Source: a virus. Taken from it: DNA of 64,000 nucleotides. Under the pieces are notes generated by a model that was given only the letters and a program-made list of their open reading frames with translations, did no database searches and was not told the DNA's origin. The translations under genes and the position numbers were made by a program. The DNA is taken from IMG/VR virus record IMGVR_UViG_3300027969_002350, positions 1 through 64,000 of that record. The stretch is one strand, 5' to 3'. This document shows positions 35,404 to 45,045 of this stretch, piece after piece. Each line of letters opens with the position of its first letter. Positions within the stretch are counted from its first letter, which is position 1.

Positions 35404-36597
35404 ATGAAATTCACAACAAAAGATAGACTTACTAAAGCCCGTGTTAAGATGTTGCTTAAACATCCTTTCTGGGGTAACTTGGCAACTCGTCTTAAAATGG
35501 TAGAGAACAGCGAGTGGTTGACAACTGCCGCTACAGATGGTCGCCACTTTTACTATTGTGAAAAGTTTATTGAAAGTCTAGACGACGAGGAACTAGTGTT
35601 CTTGTTTGGACACGAAGTTGGTCACATTGTCTATGACCACATGGGACGCCGTGGAGACCGAGATCCGCAATTATGGAACATGGCCGGAGACTATCTTATC
35701 AACGACATGCTTATCCAAAACAATGTAGGCAAAAAGATTACCAAGGTGCCAATCCTTTGGGATCCTAAATTCCGTGACATGACAGCAGAAGAAGTCTATG
35801 ACGACTTGTTTAAGAACGCTGTTAAGATCCAAGTTACTTTGGACATGCACATGGACGGCAGTGGCGAAGAAGGTGAAGACGGTAAAGGCAGTGACGGCAA
35901 GTCTAAGTCAAGTGGTATTAAGATTGACGAAGAGACTGCCAAGAAGATGCGTGACGAGATGAAAGAAGCTATCCTGCAAAGTGCTCAGGCCGCAGGTGCA
36001 GGTAACGTTCCGGCAGGCATTAAACGTCTTATTAATAACTTTACTGCTCCTAAGATGCGCTGGCAAGACCTGTTGCGTATCCAATTGGAATCTAGTCTTA
36101 AAAGTAATTATAGTTTTATGCGTCCCAGCCGTAAGGGTTGGCATACAGGTGCAGTACTGCCGGGTATGTTGCCAGCAGAAGAATTGGATGTAGTAATTGG
36201 TATTGACATGTCTGGCAGTATTAGCCAAGAGATGGCACAAGACTTCTTATCAGAAGTTAAAGGCATGATGGATTTGTATCCTACTTACAAAATCCATGTA
36301 TTCTGTTTTGATACAGAAGTGTACAATCCTGTGACGTTCAGCGATGACTATGGAGATGACATTAGTACATACGAAACAATGGGTGGCGGCGGAACTGACT
36401 TTGACGCTTGCTTCCGTTACATGAAGGAAGAAGACATTAATCCAAAACAATTTATTATGTTTACAGACGGCTACCCATACGACAGTTGGGGTGACGAAAA
36501 CTACTGCGACACGTTATTTGTTGTACATGGCAATGAACAGATAGAAGCACCATTTGGTGTAACAGCACATTATACTTTTGACAACGAAACTGTATAA
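35404..36597 (+). CDS. Metallopeptidase-like plus VWA domain protein (DUF2201-like), MoxR partner
   Basis: TAATDG, HEVGH (HExxH), WN.AGD..IN, MIDAS DMSGS, GGGGTDF, FTDGY. Confidence 0.88.
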   Translation: MKFTTKDRLTKARVKMLLKHPFWGNLATRLKMVENSEWLTTAATDGRHFYYCEKFIESLDDEELVFLFGHEVGHIVYDHMGRRGDRDPQLWNMAGDYLINDMLIQNNVGKKITKVPILWDPKFRDMTAEEVYDDLFKNAVKIQVTLDMHMDGSGEEGEDGKGSDGKSKSSGIKIDEETAKKMRDEMKEAILQSAQAAGAGNVPAGIKRLINNFTAPKMRWQDLLRIQLESSLKSNYSFMRPSRKGWHTGAVLPGMLPAEELDVVIGIDMSGSISQEMAQDFLSEVKGMMDLYPTYKIHVFCFDTEVYNPVTFSDDYGDDISTYETMGGGGTDFDACFRYMKEEDINPKQFIMFTDGYPYDSWGDENYCDTLFVVHGNEQIEAPFGVTAHYTFDNETV

Positions 36598-36611
36598 GTT
36601 TAAATAGGACC

Positions 36612-37550
36612 TCAGCGTTCTATTTTTTTGAGTATTTCTTTTATCTTAGCAGTATGCACTAGGTTAATATTATCTCGCAAGTGTGCATAAGAAATGCCGG
36701 GATTTAAATCAAATACACTACAGATATATGTTATATCCTTCTTTACTTTTTCTAACATGATATTTTGAGAATAACTTAATTCAAAATTAGGATATGCAAG
36801 TTGTATCTGTTCGATATTTTTATTAAAAATTAAATCATACATATCTATGTTACGGTATCCCGGCATATCTTTTACCAGTCGACGCCCAAAGGATTTTATC
36901 CTGTTGTTCCATTCATTTTTATAAAATTTTTGGGTAGCAATAGGATCATTGTGTAACTGTTGTTCTATTGGTATTTCTGGCTTGTCTATTGTGTAATAAA
37001 ATTTTTTGTAATACATTAAAATATCAACTAACCACATTTTATCAAAAGAAAATTGGCAATAAATTTTTTGTTTCCAATTTAAATTATTGATAAGAGGATT
37101 TGTATTTTCATAATGGCATTTTAAATGTGTAAACTTTAAATCGTTGACGTCAAATAATGGCTCTATCTCTGCTAGTTCAAGTAATTGTTCAGGTGAATAT
37201 TTCATCGAAGTAGGATGAATTTGTTCATAGTGTCCATGTTCTCTAACTAGAGGTTCAGTTAACTGGTATATTACATAAATTAACGCCTTATCATATTCAT
37301 CTCCATGATATTTTTCTTTTAATAATGAAGTGTGATCATTTATATATTTTTTATAATAATTATGGTTGCTGCCATTTTCTAAATATTCCAATGTTCTATC
37401 CCAATTAAACCATTCTAAATTAGGCCATTGATTTTTATCGCGTATAAAATTAGCGTCTTCAATGAACCGCATAAAGAACGCCCCCATTGCACCGCCTACC
37501 CACATTACCGGAGTTAAATTATTAATTAATAGTTCATGATTTTTGTTCAT
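36612..37550 (-). CDS. Hypothetical protein with Gly-rich loop (sulfotransferase/P-loop-like)
   Basis: WVGGAMGAFF motif; ATG 37550 is 5 nt from minus-strand TATAAATA (37556-37563). Confidence 0.55.
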   Translation of the reverse strand: MNKNHELLINNLTPVMWVGGAMGAFFMRFIEDANFIRDKNQWPNLEWFNWDRTLEYLENGSNHNYYKKYINDHTSLLKEKYHGDEYDKALIYVIYQLTEPLVREHGHYEQIHPTSMKYSPEQLLELAEIEPLFDVNDLKFTHLKCHYENTNPLINNLNWKQKIYCQFSFDKMWLVDILMYYKKFYYTIDKPEIPIEQQLHNDPIATQKFYKNEWNNRIKSFGRRLVKDMPGYRNIDMYDLIFNKNIEQIQLAYPNFELSYSQNIMLEKVKKDITYICSVFDLNPGISYAHLRDNINLVHTAKIKEILKKIER

Positions 37551-37564
37551 GCTTTTATTTATAT

Positions 37565-37613
37565 TTGACAAAGTGCAAATCTTAATGTATAATAAGAACA
37601 TATGCTATAAATA
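37565..37613 (+). promoter_or_regulatory. Tandem sigma70-type and late promoters
   Basis: TTGACA-N17-TATAAT (37565-37593) and TATAAATA (37606-37613). Confidence 0.7.
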
Positions 37614-37652
37614 AAATAGGTATATAATATATCAACCTTAAGGAGAATTTAA

Positions 37653-37919
37653 ATGAACTTGACAGATCTATCTACACTACTAGCCGCAATTGATATCGCA
37701 GTTAAACGTGGTGCTTTCAGCGTACTAGAGATTGGTGCAGTTGGAGAAACAGCTACTAAGCTAAACAACTTCTTGCTAGAAGCTAAAAAGCAACAAGAAG
37801 AAGCCGCTGCCGCCCAAGCCGCAGAAGCACCTGCTGATGCCGCGCCAGAAGCACCTGCTGATGCCGCGCCAGAAGCACCTGCTGAAGTTGTTGCAGAAGC
37901 TCCGGTAGAACAAGCCTAA
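37653..37919 (+). CDS. Hypothetical protein with Ala/Pro/Glu-rich tail
   Basis: AAGGAG RBS; EAPADAAP repeats. Confidence 0.75.
   Translation: MNLTDLSTLLAAIDIAVKRGAFSVLEIGAVGETATKLNNFLLEAKKQQEEAAAAQAAEAPADAAPEAPADAAPEAPAEVVAEAPVEQA
37822..37885 (+). repeat. 24-bp coding tandem repeat, about 2.7 copies
   Basis: CAGAAGCACCTGCTGATGCCGCGC repeated exactly. Confidence 0.85.
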
Positions 37920-37932
37920 TTAGGAATTAACT

Positions 37933-38514
37933 ATGCCTAAGTTTACTAAACACGTAGGGCAAGTTGTTAGCACAGGTAAGAAGTGTGTTGTTGTATTTAG
38001 AACAATACCTAATGACACAACTTCTTGCCTTGTTATACAAACTGAAGATATTCCCAATCTTTATCACGACGACCTAATTAATGCGGTCGAAAGTGATACA
38101 GCTCAAGAGAATATGGACTTCTTTAAATATGCTCAACGTACACAATTCCATGATGGAAGAACTATCCTAGAAGGTAGTCATCAAAGTGGTTGGATGAAAA
38201 AGTTTCTAACTACTGAGATTATGATGCTACCAACTTTAGAACATAAAATTCTACTCAGCGATCTTAATCAACAATTAGATCAAGCAGGTAGAACAACTAG
38301 TGGTGATATCAGTCAACCCGCACCAGAAGGCAAGCCTGCCGGTATACTAGATGAAAAAGATATCGCTAATCAAATGCGTGGGCAAGCTGCCTTCTTCCGT
38401 AAGGAAGCAGAACGTTTACTCAAAGAAGCAAATGATTTAGATCCAACTGCGGCAACTGCCCAGCAGGTTGCTGAGGCTCCTGCGCCTAAGCGAGCATACA
38501 ACAAAAAAAAGTAA
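37933..38514 (+). CDS. Hypothetical protein
   Basis: AGGA RBS; 193 aa. Confidence 0.75.
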   Translation: MPKFTKHVGQVVSTGKKCVVVFRTIPNDTTSCLVIQTEDIPNLYHDDLINAVESDTAQENMDFFKYAQRTQFHDGRTILEGSHQSGWMKKFLTTEIMMLPTLEHKILLSDLNQQLDQAGRTTSGDISQPAPEGKPAGILDEKDIANQMRGQAAFFRKEAERLLKEANDLDPTAATAQQVAEAPAPKRAYNKKK

Positions 38515-38530
38515 GTAAGGAACCCGAGTC

Positions 38531-38854
38531 ATGGCTATTAGGAAAAAGGATAGAAGTTTTGAAGAAATCCTTAAAGATGTTGTCATGGAAGAAGTTCCTA
38601 TAGAATACATAACACACATTCAACTTAAACTTATAACCGGAGATGTTCTTGAATTTAATCAAGAAGAATTAGCAGGCTTAAAAGATGCCGGTGAAATTCT
38701 TAAAGCACAGGGCTTAGAGCACTTGCGTGATAATATTCAAGACATCGAGGTTTTTATTGACAGCAGTAAAATCAAGAATCGCGTCATAAAGTATGTACGT
38801 GGTATACTAACCAGCCAATTCGGCGAAGAGAATGACACTAAGAACAGAAATTAA
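38531..38854 (+). CDS. Hypothetical protein
   Basis: AAGGA RBS; 107 aa. Confidence 0.7.
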   Translation: MAIRKKDRSFEEILKDVVMEEVPIEYITHIQLKLITGDVLEFNQEELAGLKDAGEILKAQGLEHLRDNIQDIEVFIDSSKIKNRVIKYVRGILTSQFGEENDTKNRN

Positions 38855-39716
38855 TTTTGAAACAGATAAAAACTATCTTCCAGTATTGGATCATGGTTTT
38901 GTAGGTCTTGTTGACCATATGGGCAGTGATAACGCCATCGTTCAAGCCGCTCGTGTTAGTTATGGTGCTGGCACAAAACAAGTTCAAGATGACCGCAACT
39001 TAATCCGGTATCTAATGCGTCATGAACATACAACACCATTTGAAATGTGCGAAGTAAAGTTCCACATTAAACTTCCTATCTTTGTTATGCGACAACTTGT
39101 ACGGCATCGTACAGCCAGCATGAATGAATATAGTGCTCGCTATAGTGTGCTTACAGATGAGTTCTACATTCCAGAGTTTGAACAAATACAAAAGCAAAGC
39201 ACAACTAACAAGCAAGGCAGAGAAGAAAGTGCCTGGGGCTTTGATGAGAAGCGTAGCGTACAACATGCTTTCCAACGTAGCTTTCATAATGCATACAAAG
39301 AATATGCAAGTTTGCTGGGCAAGGAAGATTCTGGACTGGCACGTGAGCTTGCTAGGAGTGTGCTTCCAGTAGGCGGATATACAGAATTGTATTGGAAAGC
39401 CAACTTAAAGAACTTTCTGCACATGGCTCGCTTACGCATGGATCCACACGCTCAATGGGAGATCCGAGAGTTTGCAGGCGCTATGTATGACTTAGTTAAG
39501 CCATTATTTCCAGAGGCATGTACTGCATTTGAAGACTACGCTGTTAACTCAGTGAAGCTAAGTGCTGGAGAGTACGAGCTAGTTAAGAATTTAATTAGTC
39601 ATGCTAAATGGGCTTCGTTAGTCGAGCAATACGGCAATGACGAAAAAGCACTGGGCGCAGACGCAGGACTTGGTGTTCGTGAACTTAAAGAGTTTAAAGA
39701 TAAATTAGGTCTGTAA
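38832..39716 (+). CDS. thyX: Flavin-dependent thymidylate synthase
   Basis: AARVSY, HTTPFE and RHRTASMNEYSARY ThyX signature; HAQWEIR. Confidence 0.95.
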   Translation: MTLRTEINFETDKNYLPVLDHGFVGLVDHMGSDNAIVQAARVSYGAGTKQVQDDRNLIRYLMRHEHTTPFEMCEVKFHIKLPIFVMRQLVRHRTASMNEYSARYSVLTDEFYIPEFEQIQKQSTTNKQGREESAWGFDEKRSVQHAFQRSFHNAYKEYASLLGKEDSGLARELARSVLPVGGYTELYWKANLKNFLHMARLRMDPHAQWEIREFAGAMYDLVKPLFPEACTAFEDYAVNSVKLSAGEYELVKNLISHAKWASLVEQYGNDEKALGADAGLGVRELKEFKDKLGL

Positions 39717-40259
39717 AGGATCTACACTAAGTTCATTAATGTGAACTCCTGCAGGCTGCGAGATTATCCATTTGATATAATCAGCAGCCTGTTTTGTTGG
39801 CATTGTTTTCCTGTCAGGATGCTTGGTTTGATTATTAGATAAAGTACCAAAGCTAATCAATGTAACTTTGGGATTAGTTGCCCACACACCAGTCATACCC
39901 AAACTGTTAGCATAATCACGTAATGCTTTCTTTTCAGCATTATATAACCAATCTGTTGCTTTCATAACCCTATCAGTTGTACTACCAACACAAATTATTA
40001 AAGTTTGTTTGTTTTCTGTTTTAAGTTTTTTGTATACTGCTTCAAGTAACAATGTTTGATTGAACTTCCACAATGCACTATTAATAATGACTATATCGTA
40101 ATCAATACTCATATCAGCAAATACTTGTTGGTGTTCTGCTTTAGTTAGATCTAACTTATGAGTTGTTCTACTTACAAAAGTAAGGTCATGTCCTGTTAGC
40201 TCTGTGTTAAGAGCTTCTGCTAATCCATACGCTGGATTACCTGATATTAATATTTTCAT
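39705..40259 (-). CDS. Short SDR-like Rossmann oxidoreductase
   Basis: ILISGNPAYGLA, INSA, VGS, YNAEK (YxxxK). Confidence 0.7.
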   Translation of the reverse strand: MKILISGNPAYGLAEALNTELTGHDLTFVSRTTHKLDLTKAEHQQVFADMSIDYDIVIINSALWKFNQTLLLEAVYKKLKTENKQTLIICVGSTTDRVMKATDWLYNAEKKALRDYANSLGMTGVWATNPKVTLISFGTLSNNQTKHPDRKTMPTKQAADYIKWIISQPAGVHINELSVDPLQT

Positions 40260-40987
40260 AATTTATTTATTTCTTCCATATCGTAATATACGTTAACGTC
40301 TGTTTTTGGACAATGATCAAAAACAGAAATATCAATTTCAATGTTGTTACCTTGCATTATTTTTTTAATCAAATCAAATAATACAAAATTATTTTCGTCT
40401 GATAAATGATTTTGTAATCTATCTTCTCGTTCAAAATGCATACCTTTGTGCGGAATATTGTAAAATTCTCTTTCTAACTCGTTTACCATGCCTAAATTAA
40501 ATTCGTCAGCACAATTAATATACGGATTAGAATTTCTAGTTCTACTCTCAACCATACACGGTAGCATAATTAATTTAATATTATGTTCTGCACATACGTT
40601 TATAATTTTTTCAATTATAGCATCGTGAACAAATATATCAAACTCGTCAGTTTGAAGGTACTTATAATATTGTTCTGCTGCCTTAATATGTTTATAATAC
40701 ATCTTTGTTTCGATGTTTGGCATGCTTAATTGATGTTCAACTACAAACAAATTGCAAATGCACATATCTACAGGAACATCGGTATAAAGTCTTCCAGGCG
40801 CAGTAATTGTAAAAATAACAGTATCGTAATCTTGATAGTTTTTTATAAAATGTTGATATGCGTGGAACAAACTTGTGCCTGGTTCTGAGTGATTAATGGC
40901 ATTTCCAAATTCGTTGTGCAATAATGTTGTCCAACTAGTTGGACCATTGCTTCCTGAAAAACTATCTCCAAAAATCCCTATTTTCAT
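40256..40987 (-). CDS. SGNH-hydrolase-like protein
   Basis: IFGDSF block I, GTS block II, C-terminal NH. Confidence 0.55.
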   Translation of the reverse strand: MKIGIFGDSFSGSNGPTSWTTLLHNEFGNAINHSEPGTSLFHAYQHFIKNYQDYDTVIFTITAPGRLYTDVPVDMCICNLFVVEHQLSMPNIETKMYYKHIKAAEQYYKYLQTDEFDIFVHDAIIEKIINVCAEHNIKLIMLPCMVESRTRNSNPYINCADEFNLGMVNELEREFYNIPHKGMHFEREDRLQNHLSDENNFVLFDLIKKIMQGNNIEIDISVFDHCPKTDVNVYYDMEEINKL

Positions 40988-42297
40988 TTAAATAACCTTG
41001 TGTATTCTGGTGCAATATTTAATATGCTATGTCCACGTGCTTGATCCAAATACTTTGTAAACTTGACGAACTCGGGAAGTTTATCACTGTAGTCAGCACC
41101 TAACATGTATTTTGTAATACTGTTTAGTATGTTTTCTGCGTTCTTTGCAATGTCTTCTGGATACTCTGCTTTAAACTCAGCAATACATTTAGCATAGTAG
41201 TCGACAATTTCTTGTTTCATGTCTGCAGGTAAAACACGAACGTTAACACGTTTTGGTCCGTGTGCTACATGATGTGTAATAATAGGACGCTTCTTTGTGC
41301 TATTGATCTTAGTAAAGCCACTGCTGTCTAGCTTCCATTTCATAAAACGAGGAACGTGCCAAATATTGTATGCTGTTACTGTACAGGCCATCCAGGCCAT
41401 AATGTTTGGATTCTTTTCTGCATATTCGTCTAATTTCTGCAAGTTCTTGTATGCCTGTGTCCACTTTAAAGGCCAACGCTGATATTCAACTGTTTCGCCC
41501 ATGCCGTCCATACTGGCACCAACACGCACTTGTTTAAACTGTGTCCACATATCTAATACACGCTGTGGCAGGTTACTCATGTTAGTGTTATACTCAATGA
41601 TCATCTTCTTACTTTGACCAGCATCAATGCATTTTTGCAAAAACTCATAATGACGTTCAATCATCATTGGTTCTCCGCCGGCCATATAAACATGCTTGAT
41701 GTTTGGAATGTTAGCTTCTATCTGTGTCCAAAATGATTCACTGTTGTGCCAGTCATAGTCAGTAGTAGATAGTCTGCCACTATCATTGCGCTCTAATTTA
41801 ACTGTACCGTGCGTATCTTTGTATTCATCACTGCCATGATATTCAGTCCATTGTTCATACCAAGTGTGACTATCAGTAGGGCCGCACATACGGCAAGCAA
41901 GATTACATAAATTACCAAAACGCAAGTCGTAGTATTCTAAGTTTCTATTTTTAACCGAGCCATCTTCTTCTGTTATATAGCGAGCATCATCTATACTAAA
42001 CTTCCAGTTTTCTAATTCGTATTGTCTGCGACTGTTAAGTCCACTGGCCTCTTCTTGTTGGCATCGGCCACATTCTTGACTCCATTCTCCCACTAGCATA
42101 TTCTTGCGAACTTCTTTCATTAGTGTAGCATTACGAGCAGTTTCCATATTGTCTCTGCCAGCATTATATGGAGTGCCATCTTCGTGTCTAACTACACCTT
42201 GATTCTCAGTTACATTGGCTTGACAGCATATACGAATGTCGCCATTATTTCGAACAGCTTGGAAGTTCCATGGTATAGGACAAAATGTATTAGTCAT
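40984..42297 (-). CDS. Radical SAM protein with N-terminal twitch/SPASM-like region
   Basis: FCPIPW...ICC, CGRC, CNLACRMC, AGGEP. Confidence 0.9.
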   Translation of the reverse strand: MTNTFCPIPWNFQAVRNNGDIRICCQANVTENQGVVRHEDGTPYNAGRDNMETARNATLMKEVRKNMLVGEWSQECGRCQQEEASGLNSRRQYELENWKFSIDDARYITEEDGSVKNRNLEYYDLRFGNLCNLACRMCGPTDSHTWYEQWTEYHGSDEYKDTHGTVKLERNDSGRLSTTDYDWHNSESFWTQIEANIPNIKHVYMAGGEPMMIERHYEFLQKCIDAGQSKKMIIEYNTNMSNLPQRVLDMWTQFKQVRVGASMDGMGETVEYQRWPLKWTQAYKNLQKLDEYAEKNPNIMAWMACTVTAYNIWHVPRFMKWKLDSSGFTKINSTKKRPIITHHVAHGPKRVNVRVLPADMKQEIVDYYAKCIAEFKAEYPEDIAKNAENILNSITKYMLGADYSDKLPEFVKFTKYLDQARGHSILNIAPEYTRLFK

Positions 42298-43660
42298 TTA
42301 TTCTTCCCTTGTATTCTATTGTATCTACTATTCGTTTCCATAAATCAGGCAAGTTTCTTCTTAAGTCTTGTCCTCTTATTTTATCCAAGTCTGCTGTATA
42401 TTCAACAAAAAGTTTTAATTGTTCCTTATCGACTTCTTCTTTGGCATGTAATGCATTTACTACGTTAGTATAAATCCTATACAATCCTAGTTCGGCTAGC
42501 CATTTTTTGTCATGGTCAACATCACTGTTATTCATTTGTTCCAATAAAGTATCTCTGTGCGTTACTAACTTATGCACTAGTAACTTTTTTGCAGGATATA
42601 GTGTTGGGCTTAGATATTTTGGATCATATAAAATATTAATAATCATAGTAGTAAAATCTGAGCCGTAATATCTAACTAGTACATCCCACCATTCTTTATT
42701 AGATATTTCTTTTTGTAAAGCAAACCACCACTCTAACATTTTATGAAATGTCCATACATTAAAAATACTTAATACAGGAGCCCATTTAATGTATATACGT
42801 TCTGGATCATCTTTTTCTGTTATTAACCATTCTCTTACTGATGCTTCTACAATGTTCCATTCACTAGGAAATCGGATATAATCATTGACTGGGCCCACGC
42901 CATCGACGCTTAGATTAACAATAACTTTTTTAAATTGTTTAAGACGGCTTAATACTTTTTCTTTTGGTACCCAGCTTGCATTAGAAAAGATGTCTAGTAT
43001 GATTTGATCCTGTCGTCCTGTAGATATAATCATATCGATTGCTTCAATAAAATTAGGATGCAACATTGGTTCGCCTCCTGTAAATTTAATTTCTTCAACA
43101 TCCCTAAAGTCTTCGATGTCCCAGTTATTATCAACGTTAATAACTGTTTTATGAAATTTTCTATCCGAATAATACGACGCAAGTTTATTGTCGTCATCGT
43201 ACCATGTAGTACTTAAACTACCATTACAAGTCCTGCATTTTAAATTACAGTGATTACCAAACGCTAGTTCAATATATCTAATTTTATTTTTTTGATTAGG
43301 ATCAGCAAGTTGCTCTTGGTTGTTTTCATTCCACATCAAATTTGCTTTTTCTCGCATACTTTTATTTTTTCGACGAGCATTTTTAACTTCTGGTAGTGTA
43401 CTAGTTTCTTCTTGATAACATTTTCTACAGCCTGGAACTGGTTTGCCAGCAATAATAGTTTGTCTAATTTCTTCCCACTCGGGCGAGTTTAATGCCCCAG
43501 TAAAAGAAATATTATCAACATTGAACTTGTCAAATTTAAATTCGTTACCTTTAACTTTATAGTCAGGATGTTTAATATCAAAACGGCAGCAAGGTTTTAT
43601 TTCTCCTGCTGGTTTAGTTTGAAGATGTATCCATGGGAGAATACAAAAAACATTACTCAT
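42290..43660 (-). CDS. Radical SAM protein with N-terminal twitch/SPASM-like region
   Basis: FCILPW...PCC, CRKC, CNLKCRTC, TGGEP; start MSNVFC at 43660. Confidence 0.9.
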   Translation of the reverse strand: MSNVFCILPWIHLQTKPAGEIKPCCRFDIKHPDYKVKGNEFKFDKFNVDNISFTGALNSPEWEEIRQTIIAGKPVPGCRKCYQEETSTLPEVKNARRKNKSMREKANLMWNENNQEQLADPNQKNKIRYIELAFGNHCNLKCRTCNGSLSTTWYDDDNKLASYYSDRKFHKTVINVDNNWDIEDFRDVEEIKFTGGEPMLHPNFIEAIDMIISTGRQDQIILDIFSNASWVPKEKVLSRLKQFKKVIVNLSVDGVGPVNDYIRFPSEWNIVEASVREWLITEKDDPERIYIKWAPVLSIFNVWTFHKMLEWWFALQKEISNKEWWDVLVRYYGSDFTTMIINILYDPKYLSPTLYPAKKLLVHKLVTHRDTLLEQMNNSDVDHDKKWLAELGLYRIYTNVVNALHAKEEVDKEQLKLFVEYTADLDKIRGQDLRRNLPDLWKRIVDTIEYKGRIND

Positions 43661-44819
43661 AACTCTTATCTCCTGGAAACAAAGGTAACTTAGTGCCAGG
43701 AGCACGTTTTGGAATCTTACTATCTGCACTACTTACACAACTTGTCCCGCCACAAGGCATTGGCTTGTCATATAACTTAAATCCAGTTTCAATATGTCCT
43801 AAAGGAACTTCGCTACAACTATAACTACGTTTTACTGTGCCGTCTGGTTCGCGAATAATAATACTGCGAAATCCACTACTACACTCCCATTTATTAAAGT
43901 TATTAAAGTTAAAAGCATTAAAACGTTCTGCTTGATCCATAAACCAAGGCTTGCCTTCTTTATCAACAAACTCAATTTGATAGTGTGGATCAACATCGAC
44001 TTGTTTCTTACGCTGAGTATCTGCCTTGTCAATCATGAACGTAGGTTTCGGACGTTTCACTAATCCAGACTTTAATGCTTTTTCTTCTGTGTAAGCACGT
44101 TGTGGCATACCATTGTGTAACTTAGCCAACATCTCAGGTGTATAACCATCTACCACACGGCTTGCAGTAGGATCGCTTTGTGGCTTGAGTGTTACGTTGA
44201 TACCTCTATTGTGAAAGTATAAACTTAGATCATAAATCTCATTAAACTGTTCTGGCACCATAACCATATTAATAGTTATTTGTGTGTCATATTCTTGGCA
44301 TAAGACTAGTTTGTCAGCAAACTCTTCTACTTTCTTATCTGTGTCAACATGTTCACGATGGCAACTTGCTGTAATACTAGCACGATGAAAATTTTTAACT
44401 GCTGGCACATATTGTTCTTCAAACCATTTCATAGGACGACTCATGTTACTGGTCATATGCACACTGGTATAGTTTGTGTTAGCCGCATCATTATTTAAAT
44501 GATTAAGGATGTCAATGTAAGCTGGATGGAATGTGGGTTCTCCTCCACTTAGACTAAAGTGGAAACTATTAAATCCATTTTCTCTAGCTTGACGTTTTAT
44601 CTCATCTACAGTATGTAACATTAAAGGTGTAGGGCGATGGTCCTTTGTGTCACTGCGAGCATACGGCCAGCAATAACTACAACGATAGTTGCAGTATCGT
44701 CCTAATAGCCACGATACGGTAAACATATCGCGGTATAGCATTGTTCTTTGACCAACTCTAACTAAGTCGTTAAATGGAATCTTAGTAAAGTCATATTCAC
44801 TGGTTTTTAAATCACTCAT
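43653..44819 (-). CDS. Radical SAM protein with C-terminal Cys-rich region
   Basis: WLLGRYCNYRCSYC, SGGEPT, C-terminal WEC...SC...PC...SC. Confidence 0.9.
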   Translation of the reverse strand: MSDLKTSEYDFTKIPFNDLVRVGQRTMLYRDMFTVSWLLGRYCNYRCSYCWPYARSDTKDHRPTPLMLHTVDEIKRQARENGFNSFHFSLSGGEPTFHPAYIDILNHLNNDAANTNYTSVHMTSNMSRPMKWFEEQYVPAVKNFHRASITASCHREHVDTDKKVEEFADKLVLCQEYDTQITINMVMVPEQFNEIYDLSLYFHNRGINVTLKPQSDPTASRVVDGYTPEMLAKLHNGMPQRAYTEEKALKSGLVKRPKPTFMIDKADTQRKKQVDVDPHYQIEFVDKEGKPWFMDQAERFNAFNFNNFNKWECSSGFRSIIIREPDGTVKRSYSCSEVPLGHIETGFKLYDKPMPCGGTSCVSSADSKIPKRAPGTKLPLFPGDKSYE

Positions 44820-45045
44820 TTTTTTCGTAGATAAATTTTACTTCTTTGCCTGGTCCTGCTTCGCTGGGCAGGCCGCCATACTCTTTAATATACCAAGTAA
44901 TAGCAGCCTTGTACCATCCTGTGCTATCATGCCTACTTTCTTTATTAAACTTATATATGTTATCATTGGTTGCTTCCATGCTACTAATAATTCTAGCGGC
45001 TTCTAATTGTAACACTCTTAAGGGCATTGTGTCAAGGTCTATCAT
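44812..45045 (-). CDS. Hypothetical protein
   Basis: 77 aa, overlaps both neighbours. Confidence 0.65.
   Translation of the reverse strand: MIDLDTMPLRVLQLEAARIISSMEATNDNIYKFNKESRHDSTGWYKAAITWYIKEYGGLPSEAGPGKEVKFIYEKNE

Noticed and set aside
37822-37885. Tandem repeat as an origin iteron or regulatory array
   Set aside because: In-frame 24-bp unit encoding a low-complexity Ala/Pro/Glu tail
44812-45045. RiPP precursor peptide for the radical SAM island
   Set aside because: No Cys-rich or repetitive core, no leader motif, and no adjacent transporter, peptidase or recognisable RRE/PqqD domain; it reads as a small globular protein
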